A stretch of 64,000 nt of DNA, taken from the human T2T-CHM13v2.0 reference genome, Homo sapiens. The position numbers and the translations under genes were made by a program. The notes beneath the pieces are model-generated. The model made no database searches and was not told where the DNA came from. It was given only the letters and a program-made list of their open reading frames with translations. The first letter of the stretch is position 1. Every line of letters begins with the position of its first letter. Location: the NCBI RefSeq assembly GCF_009914755.1, contig NC_060925.1. One strand, written 5' to 3'. Below are positions 44,839-56,762 of this stretch, in pieces.

Positions 44839-45562
44839 ATAGGTATGTAGGACCAAAAAAATAGGGACAAGTAAGCAAGTTACTATCAAAGACTCAGACA
44901 AAAGCATTTAGAAGAGAAAGCAACTTTATTTGTAGTGAGTGTTGCAAGGGAATCCAGGCTTTAGAAAGACAGGCTCATCCAATAAAAAATGCAACAAGTA
45001 TTTAAAGGAAAAAATTACCAAATCACTGAGTTTACTGTTTATGGTGGAAAACCGGTGTTTTTCTTGTGTGATATTAATATTTACAAAGGTTGAGACATAT
45101 CTTCAGGCATTAGCATTGCAAAAGTTAGGGATAGAGATGTTTTTGTTAGGGAGTCACTACAGGAATGGTTCAGGGTTTCATATTTTGGGGACTAGAATTA
45201 TAGAGAGTAATCCTGGTTTTTGTGTTTTGTTTTGTCTCTGGGTGCAAAGTGGTTTTCTCCCTCTGCTCCCCCATGGGATGTGGCCCAGGAGGGTATTAGT
45301 TTAGTCGTGTTTTCACAGTTTTTCTTTATGGTCAAGTTCTTTTCTCGCATGCAGATTTGACCTCCTAAATTGTTTTGAGATTTTTCTGATTCCCTATAAC
45401 TCATTTGAAATTTTGTTTTATTTACATCATGTATAAGAGATGTTAATACACCAATACATCCTTGTTACAGACTTCAAAAACCAGAGCCTTCTGGTTTGAG
45501 ACTTAACTTGTAAATCCTCCATATCTGTAATGTACTTTTATGTGTCACATTATTTTATGGCC

Positions 45563-45992
45563 TGTTAAAAGAGAAACTTCAGCGGAATTAAATTTAAAGG
45601 AGTTTAACTGAGCAATGAATGATTTGCGAATCGGGCAGCTCCCAGAATCACAGCAGGTTCAGAGAGACTCCAGGGATGCCTCATGGTCAGAACAAATTTA
45701 AGACAAAAAAAAGAGAAATGACATACAGAAATTGGCAGTGAAGTACAGAAACAGCTGGATTGGCTATGGGTTGGCATTTGCCTTATTTGAACACAGTTTA
45801 AACACTTAGCAGTCTATGAGTGGTTGAAGTATGGCCACTGGGATTGGCCAAGACTCAGCTATTGTTACAGGCGCATACTCCTAAGTTAGGTTCTCAATCT
45901 TGTCTGCCTATTACAAGGTTACAGTTTGTCCACAAGTACTCAAATATAGAAATACGGAGTCCTTCTCAGGCCATATTTAGTTTGCTTTAACA
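45563..45992 (-). mobile_element. MER57-like ERV1 solo LTR
   Basis: TG...CA ends, 4 bp TSD GGCC; GATTTGCGAATCGGGCAGC...CAGAGAGACTCCAG. Confidence 0.85.
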
Positions 45993-46174
45993 GGCCCTTA
46001 TTAGTGTATTTACTGAGCTGAGGAACAAAAACCATCCAGTTTGCTTCTATGAGGTTTCGTTTGTCTGAGACCCCTCCAAATTAGTCATTTTCCTAACTTG
46101 CTAGGCAATTCTTTACTATCTGTAAAGCTGATATTCCATAAACCACAGAATAAGTTCCAGGGCAGTTTTCTGGG

Positions 46175-47132
<958 letters not shown>

Positions 47133-50100
47133 TGTGTAGGCATTCCTCCCCAACCTGTAAAGCATAGTTCTTGTTCCTTAAAAGTGGCTTGTCATATCTA
47201 ATTAAATGAGATTTGGGTCTTGGTTATTGTTGCAAATTTGATTTATTCAGTTTAATCTTACAGGAAAGAGGATGGATTTTTATTGAGCCTAAGTAAATAA
47301 CCTACATGACGTAAAGGTGAAGGAACTGAATAAAAGCACTTTGAATAATATTTAACCATTGTTGCCATGGTTTTGGGTAGTTTATAGATAAAATCTATTA
47401 ATATATTCTACATAATCATTATTGTTTGAAGTTTTTCCTTTCAATTTTCTAGTTTAACATATATACAAAGAATTTTAATAAGAAGATTTTATTTTGCTGA
47501 TCTTGGGGTAGACAGTCTGCTTTCTTGAAGTCATCTCTTTCTGTGCTAGACATCCTGGAAGGCCTGAGTCCCCAGTATAGAGTCACAGGTGTCTGTGGTA
47601 ATAACATCAGCTCCTGCTCAAAAGCCTGTGCTCCGAGTCTACCTGTTACAGTTTTTATTGCATATTTTTTTGACGTTTCTTCAAAAAGTTCCCATTTTAT
47701 TTCTGAGTTTGTAACAGAGGCTTTTAGGCAAGTATGAGAGAAAAGCAGGCACCATCTGTTGATAGTAAGACTGAATGACTTTGGCTATTTTACTATAATC
47801 ACCAACAATATCAGAATGGAGGACAGTGATCCATGGAATCCATTTATAAGGATTGAGTCAACGATTTCCCTGGAGAGTGAGGGCATTGACCCAGGGTCTT
47901 TAATCATCCCTTGAAATCTTGTTTTATTTGTCACCAGTTGACAAAGGTACTTTAAGCCTAGAAACAAAATTTTCCTTCTTTTTATTTTTTGTTTTTTAAA
48001 GAAATCCATTTGTTGGAAGTTATTTGGCTAGTCTTTGTATATAAACTTGATATGGTGGGTAAGTAGGGTAGGTGACTGATTCGTGTAATATATATGCGGA
48101 AATTTTAAATTTGCAGAACATAAAGGAAGTTTGCAAGTCATTTTTTGGCTTTTAAAGTTGTCTTTAGCAAACCAAAAGGTCAGGGAAACCTACCTGGGGC
48201 GCTGAACGTTTGTGTGTGTGTGTTAATAGGTGTGTTTATGATGTTTTGGGAGTGGGGTAGGGAGACCTAGTGTGCTTCTTTAAATGTAGTTTCAACCTAC
48301 CCCGAGGGCTCAAGGAAGGGGTGTGATTGCTGTTAGCAAAAATTATGAAAAGTAAACACCTGGGAGTGGCAGAGAGGGGAGCAGGTGGTTTCCAGTACAG
48401 AACAAAGCACAAAGTTGAGACGTCCCAATGAGTTGCAAGGTTTATCAAAGTGACTTGTTTCAGTTACAGTAAAAAGTATTGGAATTTGGGGATGATTTGC
48501 TTTTACCATATCTTGTAGATAATTCAGGTCACTCTCATTCAGTGGTACTCCCAAAAGCACATGGGAGAAACAAAGGTAGGAATCAAGCTGTTTGTGTAGG
48601 TTGGAGGTGAGAAGAATGGCAGGGGAGAGAGTGCGATTCCTTTCTCCTCTCACGCACCTGGAGGAGACTCAATAATTTCCTCTCCAGTCTGCAAAGGACA
48701 GCCCAGAGTCCCGTCATTAACACCACTTTGTGCTTATCACTGCCACAGAACCAATCGGGTATGTAAATTTGCTGCAGTACTGCAGCATTTTAACTGACAA
48801 TACACTTGAAGGTATTGATCTGATGAGAAAGGACAATGGAAGATCAGATGTGGTTCTTCAAATTAACTGCAAAATCAGTAATAATGTCTTTCAGTCTTTT
48901 AGCCTTAAAAGCCACCAGGGTCGATTTTTAAATATGTCTTATCACAGATGTCAGGTCAAAAGCTGTGGTAATATAATTTCTGAATATTTTATCAGCAGTG
49001 TTGGTATTTCACATCCCTTATTGATAAAATTGACTAAAGGAACCTTGAAACATTAGATCTTGTATAATTTTCATACAGGATTTCAGAAATCACAGAGCCT
49101 CTCAACGTGCTATCTAGTCCAAGGGAGTAGAATTAACTAATTCTGCTCACATCTTTCTCAGCATGCTGGGTCCTCTTGATTTATCCCTGTGTCCTTCTAA
49201 TGCTCTCAGACCAGTAGGCCCAGAGAATGTATGTCAGGCAGAAACCAGTGCTACATCTTGTGTTCCCCCTCAGCCTACATCTTGGAAGCAGGGAGGGGAG
49301 GATGATAGAGGAGACCAGAAGAAGTAACTGATTTATCAAGCCTGCTGCCTGACAGTCCTGATTTTTGAGTTCACATTCCTGCCAAATCTTTGCTTGTGGC
49401 TGAAGCCGTGTGATAACCAGCTTGATGGTACTAAATACTGGTTTCTGTAGTTTAACTTCTATGGTTCTTTCGGGGTTCCTTTTGCAGCCACTTTATCTTA
49501 AAGACCTCTTTGGGATTCTGCCCTAATCAAAACTGAATTCCAACTTCCACAGCTCCAATAACAGGTGGCCCAGGTCAGGGCCTGGTAAAGAGAGTATTTT
49601 TGAGCCCTGAGGTGCCCACCAGATTGATTCTGAACTGGACTCATGCCCAACGCCCTCTGGATCTTTGTCTCACAAAATCAGATTATTACACTAAAGTCTC
49701 TCAGATGTTTTTGGAGGGTTGTTTTGAAAGTGGCTTGCTTTCTTCTGCCCTCTCTGCCTACCTCCACTTTCCCCTATTCAGGGGCTGCGCCTGAGCCCCC
49801 CAAGCTGCTCCTTACCTGAATCTGGAGTACAGGACAAATACACACACATGTACTCATACACGCATGCACACATGCACACACACACACTCTCTACCAGTTC
49901 ATGCCTTAGAGGCCTATCAGAACTGCCCCATAGTGAGAGTAGTTCCCGTGGTAGGCAGGGGAGACCTTCCTGAGACCCCTACCTGAGACTCATCAATTTT
50001 TTGGCTGTTCAGTGAGCCTCCTCATGTAAGGACTTGAGACTACCTCACACAATGAGCCCAGTCCTGATCCCAGCCCCCTTCTCTCCCATGCCAAGGTATT

Positions 50101-50261
50101 GTCCTTCCTATGGCAGAAGGAGAGGGTCCCAGGACATGCCTTGTATATACCTTGAGTTTTGTCAATCCAATATGATTTTTTACTACAAGATCAATGGGAA
50201 GGTCTTGTATCCTTAACTACTTAAAAATTGGACTTGTTTCCTTCCTGGAAAAAAACGATGA

Positions 50262-50620
50262 ATTCATTCGTTCATCAAATATTTATTGCCCTGCTAGGTG
50301 TCAGGCTAGGTGCTGGGGATACAAAGCTGAGCCAAAATAGTCTCTACTTTAATGGAGTGTTTGTGTAGCTGGGCATCAATATGAATGAATCACTCCATAG
50401 ATGCAGTCTTACAGCAGTGGTGTCACAAAGACGCTGATGCAGCTGTGAGGGCTTAGAGGAGAGGATTTTACTGCTCCAAGGGGTCCTCCTGGAGGAAGTG
50501 ATGCTGAGCTGAGATCCCAGGAGGAATGGGCATTCACCAGGGGAAGGGCATTTGCTATTGGAGAGAAGTGGCTGGAGGAGGGGGTCGGGGAGCAGCAGTC
50601 CATGTGCAAACTCTCTGGGC
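50262..50620 (-). mobile_element. L2 3' end
   Basis: ATTCATTCGTTCATCAAATATTTATTG...GGTGCTGGGGATACA...CCTGGAGGAAGTGA. Confidence 0.75.
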
Positions 50621-50630
50621 AAGAGGAGCG

Positions 50631-50773
50631 GGCTGAGTGTGGGCATCATGGCTCACTCCTATAATCCCATCACTTTGGGAGACTGAGGCAAGAGGAACCC
50701 TTGAGGCCAAGAGTTTGAGATCAGCCTGTGAACACAGTGAGACCCCATCTCTGCAAAACACAACAATGAAAAA
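50631..50773 (+). mobile_element. FLAM/Alu left monomer
   Basis: GGCTCACTCCTATAATCCCATCACTTTGGGAG. Confidence 0.8.
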
Positions 50774-51208
50774 GGCATCTGTGAGCTATCCGTGGGCAGA
50801 GAGAGCGCAACTAAGCAGTAAGATATGCTCTTTTCATGTGGAGTGAAACATAATCTGGGAAGTGAAAAATTATTCAAGATCTCATGTAGTGGCAGAGACT
50901 CAGCCCCTTGTCCTCCCAGCTGCACGAGTCTGTTGTCTCAGCCTCTCTGCCAGCCCAGCAGTTACTGAACAACTACATGTCGTTCTCAATACCCTAGAAC
51001 TTCTGCTTCCTCAGGGCTGCTGCTTGCTGCCTCCTCTCTTGTGTCTCTTGGCTTATACCAACCACCATCCACTCGAGGAGGGTCTAATTGATCCATTCCT
51101 GCCTGAGGAGACTGTGGGGAGAACTTCCATGTCTGAGCACTTTCTGTGCTGCTGGCTGTCCCGTGGGCAGATGTCAACTCCAGTCCATTCAGCTCTGGCC
51201 CACCTAAC

Positions 51209-51435
51209 TAGTGTTGCTGATGACACCCCTTCTGCTACCACCATCGCTCCTGCTGCTGCTGGGGCCTCCATGTTAGCCTGATACTAGGAGAGCAAGAAAC
51301 TGAAGCCTCCTGATTTTCTCTTCCAGGTGGTATAGCAGTATGAGCACAGGCCAAGCAAGGCTGGCCTTGAGATGAGGAGGCCAGATGGTCCCTGAATCAG
51401 GGTGGTTTCAGCATGCCCAGGAAGGTGCTGCTGCT
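51209..51435 (+). repeat. Left arm of a non-Alu inverted repeat (227 bp)
   Basis: Reverse complement of 52914-53160 at ~92% identity (manual alignment). Confidence 0.97.
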
Positions 51436-51708
51436 TCACAGACAGGTAGCGACTTATACTTAAGAAATTGTTTACAGTGAACAGGATGGGTCCCTTCCCT
51501 CAAAGAGCACTCCATGCAGTTGTGGAAACAGACTCAGTGTGACGGGTACAATACTACAGGTGGCATAGGATATCATGGTGGGAATACTGCAAATCCTTAT
51601 TGAAAACAGGCATATTATAAATACCTTGTAATGAATGCAATACCATAGCTGATACTCATTTCTTTTAGACTTACCTATGTTTTCAGATATATAAAAACTC
51701 TAGGAATT

Positions 51709-52253
51709 CCCAAGGTAATTGAAAACATATGTCCACACAAAAACTTGTACAATAATGTTCATAGCAGCGTTATTCACAATAGCTGAAAGGGGGAAGCAAC
51801 TCAAGTGTTCTTTGATGGATGAATGGATAAACAAAATGTGGTATATCCATACAATGGAATATTATGCAGCCATAAAAAGGAATGAAGTACTATTATATGC
51901 TACAACATGGATGACTCTTGAAAACATGCAGTGAAAGAAGCCAGTCACAAAAAAACTACATTTTATGATTCCATTAATATGAAATGTTCAAATAGGCAAA
52001 TCTATAGAGACAGAAAGTAGAGGAGTGGTTGTCAGGGAGAGAGGCATAGGGAGGAATTGGGAGTGACTGCTAATAGGTACAAGATTTCTTCCTGGGGTGA
52101 TGAAAATGTTCTAGAATTAGCTAGTGGTGATGTTTGCACAACATAGTGAATATACTAAAAACCCCTGAACTGTATACTTTAACAAATGATAGATTTTATG
52201 TTTACTTTAAAAAATGATAGATTTTATGTTATGTGAATGATATGTTGATTTTT
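51709..52253 (+). mobile_element. L1MB-type 3' end in the spacer of the inverted repeat
   Basis: GAAAACATATGTCCACACAAAAACTTGTAC...GGGGTGATGAAAATGTTCTAG; TSD AAA(C/G)TCTAGGAATT at 51695 and 52254. Confidence 0.9.
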
Positions 52254-52913
52254 AAAGTCTAGGAATTAATCAATTATACTGTGATGGAATATGATATTTT
52301 AAGTCAGAAATTTACTTGTGGCATCATCTTCACTGTTCATCTGTAGAATCAGGAGAAGTGATGTTTCCTAGGTTGCTGTGAAGATTAGATAAGATAATGC
52401 ATATGACAGACTTAGCTGCAAGAATATGGGTTGGGAACCCTTTGTTGTTATAGATGCATTTCTAAAGCAACTTTTTTTATGTGTTGCTGTTTGTTGGAGC
52501 CCTCCAGGAGGATCTTGGCACTGAGAGAAATCCCTAAACTAGAGTCATGGCTGAAGAGTGCTGAACACTTCCTGCACTGCTGGCTGTATGGTGGTCAGAT
52601 GCTCCTGACTATGACCCTGCAGTGAAGCCCGGATCTGGGCAAAACTGAGAAGTAGTTGACACTTGCATCTCTTTCCTGACTGTCTTTTCTGGCCTGGTAG
52701 TCTTTTGGGTTATAATTCAGCATCTCTTCCATCTGCATGTCTCAAGTGATTAGTATTTTCCAAAGTGAGCTCATCACATTAATCATATTAGGGTATGAGC
52801 AGCCCTTTTAAGCTGTATTTGTATCTTACAGGAAGACCAGAAAAGCTCAGAAGGAGGAAGAATCTTCAGGCACTGTGCAAAGGGAGGGCAGGGAGAGGGG
52901 GAAGTTATTCTGC

Positions 52914-53160
52914 AGCAGCAGTGCCTTCCTGGGCATCCTGAAACCACCCTGATTCAGGGCCCATCTGGCCTCCTCATCTCAAGGCCAGTCTTGCTTGGCC
53001 TGTGCTCACTGCTGCCACTGCAATGCCATCTGGAAGAGAAAATCAGGACAATGGCTTCAGTTTCTTGCTCTCTTAGGATTAGGCTAACATGGAGGCCCCA
53101 GCAGCCCCAGCAAAAGCAGCAGTGATGGTGGTGGCGGTAGGGGTGTCATTAGCAACACTA
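52914..53160 (-). repeat. Right arm of a non-Alu inverted repeat (247 bp)
   Basis: Reverse complement of 51209-51435, with 9, 4 and 7 nt extra segments. Confidence 0.97.
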
Positions 53161-54607
53161 ATGAATCACTGCTGGGCCCGGTTCTCTTCTCTGACTCAGC
53201 TTGAAACTTCTTTCAGTTAACAGGAAGCCAGTAACCAGTAAAGTCAAAAGCTTATATGCAACTCTCTGGATTGGAAACCACTGGGGTGTTTTTTAAGCTT
53301 CTATTTCTAAAATAAGAAGGGAAACCAATGGACAGAAGCTTCCCTGTCTTCTTTGATGCAGATAAACTATGTTGGTAGAGGGTGATTGTGAGCTGGGGCC
53401 CTTGTTTCTTATGAAACTAAAAAATTCTACATGAGTTTACAAAAACAGGAAGCTGGCAGTGAAAGCTATTGGAATTATGTAAATGAAACAGTCAGTTTGG
53501 AATGCAGGTGGGAGTGTGCCTGTGGGAAAGAATGGAGAATGCATCAGAACACGGGCAGCCAGGTTACCATGCGCTGCTTCAGCACAGGGGAAGATGCGGG
53601 GGGCAAGGAACCTTCACTGCCCTGGCGTCATCAGCCCAGTGCTGCAACAGTGCAGCAGAAAGGGCAGCGGGGAAAGGCGACAGGAAGAGGAATCAAGACA
53701 CTTACATTGCTCTAGGAGAGATTCGCATTTTTTTGTGGATCTGAGGATGGGAGCTCTGGGAGCTCTGGAGCCTCTTCCTGTCCGCAGGCACTGCAAAGCT
53801 TTAGCACACCAGTAGCTCCCCAGAGGGCTGGGAACCCATGCCAGGACTGGCACCCGCTCCGGGAAGGGGTGCTGGGAGTGCCATGATTTAGATCAGTGAT
53901 TCACAAACTTTTGGTAGTGAAGACACTCCGTTAAAGCTTATTGTTTTGGGGTTGTATCCTACTCCCCGCCTTTTAAAAATGTTAGTTAAAAATTTAAATT
54001 AAAATGGACTTTGTTTTAAAATTAAAAATTTCCTGTTGTTTGAAGCTTCTATGACAACTGGGTAGCCTTCTGAGGTATTGTAATACAGTATTAGGATTTG
54101 GACTCTCTGCTGTATACACTAAGCTCTTAAGGGTGAAGGGCAGGCCATTGGTTCTGATAAGAAGAGAGGTTGCCATAGGTATCTCTGCTTTCTTACTCTT
54201 CCCCACTCCAGGCCATGTGGACATCTGGAGATATTTGATAAAATGTCCTTTACCAGCCGAGACTCATGACTAATCAATCGTTGTTTTTGTTGGTTTGCTT
54301 CTAATCCCTCTCCCTTCCAGTCTATCTTTCATCCTGCCATCAATTTCCTAAAACAGATTTGATGTGCCACCTCCCTCCTCAACAGTTTTCAATGGGATTT
54401 CCTACTGCCTGCATAAAGTCTAATGCCTTAGAATGGGGCAAGGAAAGCCTTTCATGATTTAACCCTCTAATACCTTTCTAGTTTCAATTTTTTATAACTC
54501 TCTATTTCGGGTCATTTTTTGAACATCAAGAAACTGAAAAGCATAGCTCAACTGCCTTATACAATACACGCCGTTATTTGCTTCTGGGACAAAAGAAGTC
54601 TAGAGTC

Positions 54608-55760
<1,153 letters not shown>

Positions 55761-56116
55761 TGCATTCCACACACCCTGCACCATCACATCTCCATGCCTC
55801 CCCTTCTGCCACTTCCTGGAACCTACCATCTGCTTCCACTGATCAGAGCCCTGCTTATGCTTCAAAGCCTTGCTCGTGGGCCACCTCTGCTGCTGTGCCT
55901 CTTCTGTTCTGGAAACAGTAATCTTTTTTTTCATCTCTCTACTCTCTAAAGCATATCATGTTTCTATCTCATGTGCATTTACTAATTCTGCTTTGTTTTA
56001 TGTCCACTTGTTTGTATATTTGACTCCTATATTGAACAGAAAGACACTTGAGGTAGGCGGAGTCATACTTTGTTCATTGTAGGGGTTTAAGAGTGTTGAA
56101 TAAATGGTCATGGGCA

Positions 56117-56762
<646 letters not shown>

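Noticed and set aside
48770-48787. Perfect 18 bp palindrome TGCTGCAGTACTGCAGCA
   Set aside because: About 0.25 such palindromes are expected by chance in 64 kb; no supporting context.
53578-53598. TTCAGCAC REST/NRSE-like half site
   Set aside because: The right half (GGACAG) does not match.
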